From positions 1,860,001-1,924,000 of the forward strand of contig JBLDXI010000055.1 in assembly GCA_047495785.1 (NCBI GenBank): a stretch of 64,000 bases of DNA, in the 5' to 3' direction. Of this stretch, positions 10,319 to 23,317 are shown in pieces. This DNA comes from Lepidodermella squamata (taxonomy: Eukaryota > Animalia > Gastrotricha). Position 1 is the first letter of the stretch. Each line of letters begins with the position of its first letter. Position numbers and translations under genes: made by a program. The notes under the pieces are model-generated. The model saw only the letters and a program-made list of their open reading frames with translations. It was not told where the DNA came from and made no database searches.

Positions 10319-13300
10319 ATGGGTAAAAATAATAAAGGTTCCAGGGCGGCTAAATCTTCATGCTTAGAATCCTTGGATGACACACCTGCATCCAATGAAT
10401 ATGCCCAGTCTACATCAGATTCTGACCTAATCAGTGGCTTCGATTTTCTGCGAAGTTTTGTTTCTGATGATTCGATTGGTGATTCGGCCATAGCCGCTTC
10501 TTTGCGAAAAATGGCTAAAAAGGACGCCACAACTAAGATAAAAGTAAAAGCTGTCATACAAATATAAACATATGCCTATTTTGTTTACGTTGTAACTAGG
10601 CGCTGCTAGATTTCATTGATTTGGTGAATGCCCCAGACACAGATATAAACCCATGCCTGCAGTTTTGGAGCCGGGTTTATACCCGTTTAACTATGGTTTT
10701 TTATCATTTTTATTTTGTGAATTTTGTTATTCATAATTTAATTTACACATAGTGTGGAGATCATCGTGTTCGAGAGCTCGCTCAAAATGCTCTATCAGCT
10801 GTAATAAGCAGAAGTGGACGCAACTTCGCTAGCTGCTTACGCATTGTCCTACCTTATTGCATCTTATCACACGCTGATAACGTGGCAACTGTCGCATTGG
10901 CAGCAAAGTCATGTTTTGAGTCGTCTTTCAACGATGCGCGTCGTATTCAAGCGCTACTAATGAACAAGACTGCAATTTTCGAGGTACGTCCTCGTTCGCA
11001 CAGAATTCTCTTTCATCTCGTGATCTCGTAGGTTATATGTAGTGTGATCAAGGGTACAAATCCTTACTTGGTGGACAAGTAAGTTACGCTGCATTATCAG
11101 TGAATAGATTTGCAATACTTACCCGTGTATTAGGAATATTGGTATGGATGAAGAGGAGATACTGCGGCAAGATCGGTTGCTATCAGCCTGCCTGGGTGCA
11201 TGGTCTTATTTGGCGATGAGCACATCTACAGATAATAGTTCTGCGGCTGCTCCGCAAGTCGATGAAAGTGCAAATGAACTGATAATGGATATTTTAAACT
11301 CACCGGAATTTACTAAACATATTTTGAAAAGCGAGTCCATACTTGTTCTATCGGCTCTGCACCAATGGACCGTTTCAATGTGCAAATTTTGCCCGGATTT
11401 GGTGCTAAGGCATTCAAAGACATTTATTGCTACTATTTTTCTGACTCCGCCTGGAGAGGGCGAGACCTCAGCTCGAGCTGTTGATGTGGGCAGCTGGCAG
11501 AGCGTTGCTGCGCTTATGAAAGTGCTTGATGAAAACCCATGCTGGAAACAGCCCAATTTCGCGAAACAGCTTTCAAGAAAGCTGAGTATTTTGTTGTCTA
11601 ACGGACCAGCCTACTTTTTACCGTCGCCGACTCCGTTTTCAGCTATCCAGATTTCTCCGGTTTCGATTTCCGAAGCTCTACCGGAAATCATCGGCAATCA
11701 TCTATCTATTTGCGACTCCTCATCTAAGGCAAAATTATTTTCGATATTCTCGGAAAACTGCCTGCAAGGGTTCCAAAAAATCAAGCCGTTTCACAGTAAA
11801 AATTCGGAGCTTAGTATATTCTGTGCGACTATTTTCGAGTCCATGAATGTTTTTATTGACAAAGCTCAACACAATCCAGAGCTTGATCGATGCATCAGTA
11901 ATGCATCGTTGAAGCTGTTCGATACGGCAATGAAGCTTGACATCAGCACATGCGCTCATTTGATTCCATTTTTCCGGTCATTGGTTCTCAAGTCCTGCCG
12001 AGATGTTTCTTCATTTAACGACGCTTTCAATTCATTATTGATTGATATAGTTCAGCGCTTCTCGTTGTCTAGTAGCGTTAATGAGCCTTCCAATCTGGCC
12101 ACCTTTTTTAACGCATTTTCGTCATCGCCAGGCAATGAATTTATATCATCAGCAATGGCTAGTGCTATTTGTCTGGCTGTTGGCTTACTCCGAAAATTGA
12201 AATTGGAAAATGAATCGTTGTTGACCTTCTTGACTGCACTATCCCCGTCGTTAGGGACATGCTATTTGGATGAAAAGAGCCTTTCAAAGCTTCAGTCAGA
12301 TGTCAGCTTGTTGGCAGATGATTTTATCTCACTAAACTCCTTCGGAGATTCAAGAGCTCTTCCGTTGAAGTTTTTGCTGCAATGGAACTTTTTGCTTACA
12401 CAGCCGCGAATAGATACACTGATTGCCAAGATGTGTGAACAAGTCACTAATTTATCCGACTTTGCATCAATGATATCGCAATTGGACTCAAAATTCAAGT
12501 GTAACAGCTACGTCTCGTCAACATGCTTCAGTTTGCTGACACCTTCAAGTTTTTTCGAAACGCCCAAGTTAGCGTCGGACCTCATCATCTCAATTATGTC
12601 AATTGCTGACGATCCGTCGAGAAAGTCTATGATCGAGAAACTGTCCGGAAAGCTTGAAAATGTGTTTGCACAGCTTTCAGATCCGGAATCCACCAACTTT
12701 CTTGGCAAAATCATTGAAGATTGCGTATCGGATAATTATGCGGAAACAACGTTCTCCGACTGGCGCAAGAAGATATTCAAAATTCAGCGGTTTAATTGTC
12801 CAATTCTATCTGCATTTGAGGCTCTGATAACGAGATATGGATCAGAATTGACCCTAAGCGATTCCGCTGTTCGAATTTGCCTTGTTACTCTTGCGATATT
12901 AGGAGAATCCAAGAGCAAATTCGTTGAGTATCACAATGACGTCGTTGTGTCGCCGCCATTTGCTGCCATGGTACGTGATTCAGCTTTGTTCAGCAAGAAA
13001 ACTTTCATCAGTCTGGCACCTTCGATCATGCAGTTTTTCGCGGAAGTAGACCTCAATAAGGCATTGATTTCAGAGAGTTTTGAAAGCAATTCTAATTTGA
13101 AACCATTTTTGGATAATTGGTTTATTTCGAACTGCTTATCATTCCCAGATCATCATGCGACATCCGGATCCGCATCGGATAATGTCAACGCGAGTTTGAA
13201 GAGCCGCATTTTCCAGTTATCGAGTTGGCTGTTCGATTCAAAACGTGTGGATATGGAAATTCTAACGGACGCGCTATCTATTTCGGAGGTCTTGATAGAT

Positions 13301-16049
13301 TCTCCGTCGTGGCTTTCGACCTTACTGATAGAAATTGTTGATGAATTATTGTTGTCTGATGATACTGCTGGCGTGTTAGACCAGTTGATATCGTATTGCC
13401 GGAATGAAAAGGCGTCTGTGAAGTCTCGCTTGGCATTCGCTTATATCTTGAGCGGCCGCCATTTATCGTCGACCATTTCGCGAGTTCTCTCTGCAGTTAC
13501 CCTGTCGCTAACGCAGAACTTCGACGATAGTTGTAGCCATGACTTGTGGTTGGTAGCGGAAACTTGCAATCGCAGTTTGCGGAGCCAGCAAAAGCTCAGC
13601 GAGAAATTGAGCGATAAATTAGTCTCAGCCTCGCGTGGAATTCTGTCCCGCATTGCATCGAATGATTCCCCTGTGCAAGCGTTAAGGTTGTTTTCCAATT
13701 TGGCGCCAGTGGTTGCGTCAAATCTTTGTCCTGGAATAACGTTTGATGAAAATCATGTGCAGTCAGCTTTGGTCAGCGTTGAAAAGCTGATGAAATCAAC
13801 AAATAGCCCGTTCTTTCTTGATAATGTCACTGTCAAAGTAGACGATGATATTTGGAACTTGTTGGAATCGACCGCTAACCTGGCAATATTTTACAGCAGT
13901 TGCATCAAATACACTCCGAAATTGTCGAATCTAGACCAAATTTTGTGCTCGTCATGTTCATGGGTGTCGACGTCGCGCTCTATCATTGATTCTGTAGTAG
14001 GAAAACAAGATCTCAACCATGACATACGCTTGAGAATATGCCGATTTCTTGTCGCAGTGACAGAGTGCGTTCACACGATTCATGTGATTTTCGGTAATAA
14101 GGGTCGTCAGTTCGCTTTTCAACCATCGGAGCGTCAAACCAGTGAATTTGCGGAATTTTATCAGCTGCAATACCTCGACGCGCTGATCCAGTTGCTAATG
14201 TCGTCATGGCTGCCAGGAAAACCTGGGGCCAGTTCGTTTCTTGCAGCTTGGGTTAACAATCGTCAGGTACAAGATAAGCTGACATTTGCCATAGTTTCTT
14301 GCATCCATCGGGCCAGCGGTATTGATGTCATCGCGCATGTGCACCTGGAATCGCTATTTTGCGCCGATGAGTCGTACCTTCCAGAGGATATACAGACAAT
14401 TGTTGGTCGTCTTTCACCTTTGATTACTGATCCTACGATTGATGACGCTCGCGTTGGCGTAGCGATGTATTCGGTCCTTTCAACGTTGATTCCTACATTG
14501 AGTGGCATCTATCTCAGTCTGTCGAACGACATTTCGCAGCAGAACGAGAGCGAGGAAGATTTTGTATTGACTCCGCCACGAGTTTGGCTGCGCGAAATAG
14601 CTTTGCTTACTGGGTCGATAACTTCGGGCGTGACGTCAGATACGTGGAAAAATCGACCGGTACCCGTTTCAGGGTATCTTTACGTATGGCTGCTAGTCCT
14701 TCGCTTGGTTGGTTCATTGCCGTCTGAAGTGCGCCCGCCTATGGTTAATTTTCTTCGGAAATCACCCGACTTCCAAGCGCTTTTACTGAATGTCTTTGCT
14801 CTTGCCCCAGCCGTCCCGACGTCTGTTGATCCGGCGCCCTTCGAATCTCTGCCTCAAGTTGCGGATTCGTCGGACGCCGTGCCTCTTGTTGGCCATTTGG
14901 CTTGCTACATGATTCGAGAACTGTTGCTAACCGTACCGGCAGTTTTGAGGTCTTGGGTAAACGACCAGCCGATGAAACTCAGGAGGGATATCACGTACTA
15001 CGTCGCTTCTCATCTCTCACCGACCCTACGCGCGGTTGAGTTGAGCAAGGTTCGTCAGGCTGAGTTTGAGGAAGCTATTAAAGTGCGAGCGATGACTGCC
15101 ACTGGCGAACTGATGGCCACTTACCAGACCGACGCGGTTCGACTCGATCTAACCATCGCGCTGCCGCAAGATTACCCGTTGTCGGCGCCTACGATCGAGT
15201 GCAAGCAAAATGTGCTCAACAGCGCATGCAAGCTGTGGCTGCGCCAGTTAACAGCCTTACTCATTTGCCAGGTGAGCCATTGGCCCCAGTTATGTGGGCA
15301 ATGTACTATGTAGGAATGATTGACAGCTTACAATCGTTTTCACAAGTCTGTCCAATTTTTATTTGCCTTGAGAATTTGGGAACAATTTCCAAAAAATCCC
15401 CCGCCTCCAGTTGTATAAGGTTATCAATTTCGTTACCTATCCCGAATTCGATTCGATTACCCCGGTCAAAATCACCTATCCACATTTCTCCACTGCGTGG
15501 ATTCTTTTTTTACACGAAAATGAAGCTAACCTGAAGTCAAGAATTTTCCAGGTTGGCAAATTACCGTATTTAGCCGTATAAAGGCCGCGGCGCCTATTTT
15601 CCTGATTTTCGGAAAGAGGGGTAAAAATGCGGCGATTATTTGAGTGTGGCTTTCCATTCGAAAGCTGAGAGACCCAGTAGTAAAGTCCCTGCTTTTGCCA
15701 ATTTTTCCAAAATTCTCAAATTGTTTTTCGCATACTTGCTATTTATGATTTTTTATTTGAACAGAATGGTGCTGTCTTAGATGCCTTGCTGTTATGGCAA
15801 AAACTCATCACTGACAAGCTTGGTAAACTTGAGGAATGCACGATCTGCTATTCCATCGTCCAAGGTGGCAATTTAAATCTTCCGAAGCGGCAGTGCCGAA
15901 CCTGCAGAAAGAAATTCCACTCAGCTTGCCTGGTGAGTCAAAGATTCATTTATATTGTATTTTTTCAAACTTTCTCTTTTCTTCAGTTCAAATGGTTTGA
16001 GAGCAGTGGCAACGTCACATGTCCTCTGTGCCGCGAACAGTTCTACTAA
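10319..16049 (+). CDS. LTN1: E3 ubiquitin ligase listerin, multi-exon
   Basis: N-terminal LRKMAKKDATTKIKAL and DHRVRELAQ; RWD-like region (LTIALPQDYPL); C-terminal RING EECTICYSIV..LPKRQCRTCRKKFHSACL|FKWF..TCPLCR. Confidence 0.93.
15368..15719. mobile_element. Degenerate MITE-like insertion in an LTN1 intron
   Basis: Imperfect 27-bp inverted repeats (15368-15394 vs 15693-15719, 23/27 identical). An internal TACCGTATTTAGCCGTATAAAGGCCGC resembles a TA-flanked transposon end. The intron is about 10x the local norm. Confidence 0.5.
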
Positions 16050-17899
16050 ACAAAATATAAATCAGCATATGACTGACTATTGATTAATGGAGAGAAATTA
16101 TTGCACCGAAAGTCGATAAAATAAATTTACCCTCGGTTAACTTGTCAGATTTGGGAAATTAACAAGGCCCGACCACAGGGTTGGTAATTGAAATTCGAAG
16201 TGGGTATAGGTTTGGCGAGCCGTCATTTACGATAGCTTTTCCTGGTCATGCAATTAATATCGCAAGAGTGTGTGTACATAGTCGTTGCGGAACTTGAATC
16301 GAAAGCACATTTCGTAGGTACGAAAAAGGCGGCATGTATCAAACAACTGTTAGCCAACTCCCAGTTGAATTGCGAAATATTCCCATTGGAATGAAGTAGT
16401 CGCACTGCCGTCAATAAGGCACGAAGGCACGTAGGTATGCGGAGTCGCGAATGCATGTGCGTCTCTTAATCAATTCACATTTAATGGCATGCCCAGCCTT
16501 CACTTATTCCTATCCTGAATTTTATACCCCTCAGTGGCGAATCAGAGCTTCGGTCATGACGAGAAATCAGGTACCAATCTATACATTGCGCTCGTTTGCT
16601 GGGATACAGCGGCCACGAATTGATAAATACCATTCGCGATGCGATTGGCAAACATTCGAAAAACGAAAATACTACATATATAAAGCGCAAACAAGTCCGA
16701 CGCGCCGTCGTGAAACTGCGGCGACGTCGCATAGATGCACCTTGACTAGTTTTTTTGCCAGCCGCATTCGCATGTATGCGCTATTTTGCCGCCGCCGCCT
16801 AAGCTAGGCGCCACATGGAATTTACAGACACGCTTTGATTCAGCGCAAATTAACACGAGATATACCCGCACCTTGCAGGGGACAGCCATTATTAAGACTA
16901 ACGAAAATAACACATTATTAAAATCGAAATGCAATCAATAGTAGTGTGAATTAATACCGTCGCGTATCTCTCACAAGAATCTCATTTAATGTTCGAATAG
17001 TAGGCATGGATTCTCGATTGGATGGATACGTAGCAGCTCCCCTAAATCTAATGAGCCAATTTTTATTAGCAATGCCTTTTCCGCACCAAGATATCATCTT
17101 TTCTGGACGGAATTCCATGTGATGTATGTTATATATAAACATATTTATATTTCTCTTATAGCGAATTTTTTCTTATCGTTAATTGCCTTGCATGGCGTAA
17201 GTTCCGGAAGCAAATAACAGTTATTTGAAAGCAGGCTACCTGCTTAAGTTTCTCCTTTCAAATTCACAGATTTGTTACCATGTCAGCGCTCTCAAAAGGG
17301 TGTAAACGTGCAGCTATTTACAGGCCAAGTGTATTATTTTTTGATGTTTCGCAGTTATTTTCCAGCGAAAACTTGCGTCATGATTTGTATGCGCGGATGA
17401 TTAGCAATGTCGATCGCTGACAAATGCAATATTTTCATATCTTAATTCTTTTTAAGTACTGTAATTAGTTCGTAGCATCGGCTCACGGAATCGCGTCCGT
17501 CGACCTGCAACGCTGCGCAAATCAATGTAATCACTGTAAGCCCACATGACCGGCAATAAATTACAATCGCCGTTCGCTGCCACGTCGCCATCGCTCCCGA
17601 AGATATGTAGATTGTGCGTGATCGCCTTAATAATCGCCACTCGACTTGAACAACAAACTTATTTCCTAGATAGGTTTTTTAACGAATCAGGCGGCTCTTA
17701 TAGCCACAGTTATCGTGTATGGCTTCCCTCTAAAACTTTCTCACTCGAAGTTGTATGTTATTAATGTCAATATAGGCACGCTCGTTCACTTCTCCTTATA
17801 TTGGAGAGCAACTGACTACATTAAAAAAAAGTTCAGAAATGATAAATCGCTGATTTTTTCGAGATAAGCGCCTTGGAGCGGTATAAATCTAACTAGAAA

Positions 17900-20800
17900 A
17901 TGCTGCAACGTTCGAAAACCACAACCAGCGACAATAGCGATGTGCGTCCTCGCCATGCGATGACTATGACGACTCAAATGGAAGCCGAATGTGGCAAAAT
18001 CACCGATCAACGTGGAACGATAGGCGGAGCAGCAGAAATAGAGCTCAGGGACACGCCAAACCAGCCTTTCACCACCAGCATCAGCGCTCAACGTTTCACG
18101 CGCCAGTCATCTTCCGGTTACAACATGGTTAGCGAGGGCCACCAAGTGTCAAATGATATCAGCGAGACCGTTGTCGCTAATGAATCGGCGGTCGCAGTAG
18201 AAGAGAAGCCTCGAGCAGACGGCGATGAGGTATGCATCGTTCAACTATGATTTGTCGCTGCAAGCGCAGCCTGGTCCCTTTTCTCTAACCGATAAGCGCT
18301 CGACTCGCCAATACATTGTTATTATCGAGTGTTTATGCGTGTAGAATAATGGCGCACCGGAAATTCATTTTATTAAACTCGCGAAAAAACTCGCGTGGCG
18401 CGAAGCGTCGCCGGCAGTTCACGTGAATGATTGCTTCGCATTATATAGCGAGCGTTTTTTCGTTGGTACTTGATCGGCTGTTGGCTCGGACTGTGCCAAC
18501 AGGCGAACAACCGCGAGGCCGGGTCTCCATTTCCTTTCTCAGCTCCTACGCGCTTTCACTAGGTAGACGGTAGACAGCCACATTTACCTGGCGGCGCATT
18601 AATGATGAGTTTTAAGTAGCTGCTTTTCTGCTCACCTTGGCTATAGCAAAGCAAATAAAGAGGTCCTGTATATCGTCGTAATGCATGCGCGTAAATATCG
18701 AACTCAACAGCATGCCTTGATTTTAGCCTGACGATGCTTGGCTCATTCAATTGATGTTTGTGTAATTTAGTCCGGTGAGGCTGAATCTCCACTCCTCGAA
18801 CCCTTCAGTAGTAACAACAACAGTAATACGAACAATACCAGCACCAACTCACCGAGCCCTGAAGATATGCGCAAACCAAGTCCAGCTACACCGCTGATGT
18901 CGCCGGAGCGCGATGCAAGTTCTAGCAAACGCAACTCATTGCTGTCAGCGCCGACGAACCTCGCACATCTTGTGGGCCGGCGCCAAAGTCGCGGCAGCAA
19001 CAGCATGCTGAGCACGATGGAGGCCGGTGGAGTCGTGACCACTGTGCTGGGTGCATCGTCGCCAACAACTTCCGCAGCGCCACCGTTACATCGCGGTCGT
19101 ACAATGTCACAGTCGCACGGGGGCGCTTCTCTGCAGCAGCAATCATCTTTCAGCACGGCAGCTGGACCGCCTGAAAGCGTCCCACCGCGCAGCATGTCTC
19201 GCTCGAACACATTTCTGCATTACAAAAGCTCACCCCACATAACGCCTCAAGCCAAGGTCTATAACTTTTTGGAACGGCCTACCGGATGGTTGTGCTTCAT
19301 TTACCACTTTGCCGTTTTCATGATGGTGAGTATTTTAGTACCTAGTAGGCAGTGGGCTATTGCAAAATATTCTAATTTTACTATTCCATTCGCAAAACGT
19401 TTTCACAAGTATTATTTGACTGGGATGGATGAAATTCCGACTGCTGGTCCACGGAGAGACGCGTCTTAATATTCCGCTTCCTCGAACTTTCATTAGGATT
19501 ATTTAGGAATATGAAATTATGAACGTGAAATCCTTTCGAAACGGAGTGTAGCTCACGGGATAAAAGTATCCAATGGAAGTTCCTAAAAATTACCTTAAAT
19601 GTAAATGGGATGCCTGTGTGTCGGATGCCAAATTTTTTCTAGATTCACGGCGATATTTGCATTTGCTGTGTTTCAGGTGCTAACCTGCTTAATATTCAGT
19701 GTCTTATCTACAATCGATCATTACAATACTTTCGCCAACGCTTCTCTGTACTGGATGGAACTGTTTCTCGTCATCTTCTTCAGCGCCGAGTATTGCGTTC
19801 GTTTGTGGGCTGCCGGTTGTCGCTCAAAGTACATGGGATTTTGGGGCCGCTTTAGATTTGCAAGAAAGCTAATCTCAATAATAGGTAGCCTTTCACAATT
19901 GTCTCGAAATCAATGGTTTGAATCAGCGTTGTTTTTTAGATTTGGCGGTGGTTATTGCCTCGGTGGTTGTCTTGACGATCGGTAGTAATGGTCAAGTTTT
20001 TGCTACATCAGCCATCCGAGGTGTTCGCTTCCTGCAAATCCTTCGAATGCTACACGTTGACAGGCAAGGCGGTACCTGGCGTCTACTTTGCTCTGTGGTG
20101 TATATTCATCGCCAGGTAATATCATCAGCCATCGTATCAGCTATTAAATGTAATTTTGTGCAAATATTTTCAGGAGCTGATAACCACTCTTTATATTGGC
20201 TTCCTTGCGCTCATTTTCTCGTCTTACTTCGTTTATCTTGCTGAGAAAGACGCTGGCGACGAAACAACGCCGTCAGATTTTTCCAGTTATGCTGATGCCC
20301 TTTGGTGGGGAGTTATTACTATAACAACCATAGGCTATGGTGACACAGTGCCAAAGACGTGGATGGGAAAAATAGTTGCTTCCTGTTTCGCGATGTTTGC
20401 AATCTCGTTCTTCGCTTTGCCCTCTGGTATCCTCGGTTCCGGCTTCGCGTTGAAAGTTCAGCAAAAACAGCGTCAGAAGCACTTCAATCGCCAAATTCCA
20501 GCAGCTGCGACGCTTATCCAGTGCGTTTGGCGCGTTCATGCGTCAGATCCACGATCGAACTCTATTGCAACTTGGAAAATACACATGTCAAGTGGTAGGC
20601 GGCGAAGTGGTCGGAAAAATGCGCAACATTCTCGCGAAGCATCACGTGAAGGACATAAGCAGGCGCAAACACCACCAGCCAATGCATCCGGGGGACAGGC
20701 AGCCTCTGGCAACGGAGGGGGTAGTGCTCCATCAACTGCAACCGCTATTCAAAGTCCATTTAGTAATTTTGGCTGGGGACTGCTGGGAAGCAGGTCAGGA

Positions 20801-22044
20801 GCGAATGCAAGCATCCCTCCTGCAGGCTTAGGCCATCCTAGGAAGTCGTCGATTCGCCGGCGAATTACTGATAACTGGCCGATAGTCTCCGCGGCTACAG
20901 GAATCGTTTTCGACCGAAAACCAGGCAACCAAAATAATAGCACTAGCAACAATGGCAATAACGGGAACAATGATAACTCGAATAATGCATCTGGTGTAAG
21001 TGGAGGTCAAACTACTTCCGCAGCTGGTGCTGGTGGGACTGACACGCTCAACATACCTCCAACAGTGCCATTGAACGCCTCGGGCGGTGAAGATGACGGA
21101 CTATCGGAAGAAGAATTGCCGCAACTAGAAATGTGAGCATTCCATTTCATTTTAGTCTTTTTATTGGCATTTTCTTCTTTCGCAGGCTGAAAGAGGAGCA
21201 CAAAATCATGATCAGAGTTATCAGAATGATCAAGTACCTGGTAGCACGTAGAAAGTTCCAACAAGCTCGCAAGCCGTATGATGGTATGCAGAGTGGAATA
21301 ATACTTTTTTATAAATAACTGTTGATTTTTCTCAGTACGTGACGTCATTGAGCAATACTCACAGGGTCATTTAAATATGATGGTTCGAGTGAAAGAGTTA
21401 CAGCGAAAGTACGGGCTTCATTTCTTGATTATCGAAATATGTGTGCTCACTCTCATTGTTTTAGACTCGATCACAACATTGGCAAGCCTGTGATGCCAAT
21501 GACTGCAAATGTCGGTGATCGCCATCGGTTCACGCTAAACGCCAGAGTCGCACGAATGGAGGAAGAGGTATTGCTATCAACTTACGAGACTGGATAAGTG
21601 ACTTGAATTTTATCAAAATCGATTTAGATGGCTAGGTTACATCGCAAGCTCGATCGCAGCAACGAATTGCTGACTGCTGTAGTTCAAGGTCTTATGGGAA
21701 CATCTGGTTCACTGCCTCATAATCTGCTCCAATCGGTGCCAAGCCTCTCTCAGCAATCTGAGGGTGCATATTCGCGGCAATTTGACTCGTCAATGGCTTC
21801 AGGAATGAACACAATGGGTGATTCCTCAGTCACGCTGAATCAATCAGCAAACTTGCAAAGACAAACATCTTCTATTCGACCAATTGGTCAACCCGTCAGG
21901 CCACATTTAACCCGGAGGCGTGAAACACCTTTGGTGCTGCTTATGCCGACAGGATTAGCTGCGAGTATACCCCCGAGTTCTAACCAGCCGACATCTGCAA
22001 CGCCTGCTAATGGTGTATCGGGAAGCGAAGCACAGCAAAAATAA
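17900..22044 (+). CDS. KCNQ1: Voltage-gated K+ channel, KCNQ1 type, multi-exon
   Basis: [44 protein letters not shown], pore [24 protein letters not shown] and KPYD|[25 protein letters not shown]. Exon 1 (17900-18229) splices in frame to 18771. Confidence 0.93.
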
Positions 22045-22308
22045 TTTATTTGCGTCAAATCCGTCAATAAAAATTCCTGGCTGTGATATTGACTTGCGGT
22101 TCGATTGATGCATGATTCAGAAAATAACGCCTGAATTGGCTCAGATTTCGCGGAAATTATGCTATGTTGCTTCGAAATTAGAGATCTGTAATGCACTCAA
22201 ATAAATGCGGAACTCTATTCACATCATTTACGGTATAACCAGCATGGCGTCGTCATAAAATTGGAAAAGAAAGGCTGTCTTTGCATTGGGAAATAAGTAT
22301 GGGGAGTA

Positions 22309-22343
22309 ATGGGCGAAGATGGGGCGAAGATGGGGCGAAGTGG
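22309..22343. repeat. 11-bp tandem repeat GGGGCGAAGAT x3, possibly a solo transposon end
   Basis: The repeat is seen directly. It resembles the GGGGCGAC subterminal units of the 2806-5468 element. Confidence 0.55.
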
Positions 22344-23317
22344 TTAGCCTTATTTTAATCACATGCTGTTTAATAAATTAAATGAAGGTATTTTCTAAAT
22401 GTTGGTTCTCTCAAGTGATGTTACGAGCGCTAAGATTCTGATGGCTGAGCACGAAACGAAGCGCTCATTCGCCGTGTAATCTTTCGTTTTGAAGGCCAAA
22501 CACAAGTACGATGTATGAATCGGCTAAAATGACTACCAACAGATTCCTCACCATTCAAAGCAGAATTCAATGAAGTTTCATGAAATTCGGTTAGATTTTG
22601 ACGATCGCTTGTGCTTTGAAAAATCGAAAAATCGGCAGCCCAGGCTGAGGCTGACGTTTGTTAAATCACATGCTGCAAATTAAAACTAGTTTTCTGTATA
22701 TTATTGTCGAAAATAAATATGTTGAAAATATGTTTAATAATTTGAAAGTATTAAATTTGATTATGAATAATCATCACTGCTTCGTGCGATAAATGTTCCG
22801 TTCGATGATGCGTTTTCTACCTGTTAAACCTGTGAAACCTGTGGCGCAGAATAATCTGTTCACTCCGGTCATGCTGGTTAGGCTAAGCTATTTTTAATTG
22901 AGAAAGGACGAGGGGCAATTGAAGACGATTTTTTTTGTTTTGTTGGACTCCGTAGAGCCGTTCAAACCAAGTCAAACCATACAAGAGCCTTGTTTTAAGC
23001 GCTCGTACCTCGTACATTACAACTTGCAGGTTCAGATTCAAGATTCAGATTTGATTTTAGACGACATTAAGGAGAACTGCAGAGAGATTTTTATTTATTG
23101 TTTATTTATGGCGATAAACCAAGTGGAAATCGTCACTTCCCGCATAACTTCTTGTCGATTTGTGATAAACACGTTTTGCACGGATTTTCGATGTTTTGCT
23201 GTTGCTTTTCTGTTCATATTTCCTGCTCATTTCTCATTTGGGGTGACTTGAGAATGAATGTCCAATGGACTCTTTCAAAATGTTATTTGGCTTCGATGTT
23301 TAAATCATACTCTTTAG

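Noticed and set aside
16200-17800. Several 60-118 aa ORFs upstream of KCNQ1
   Set aside because: No homology cues or coherent splice pattern; probably regulatory or UTR sequence.
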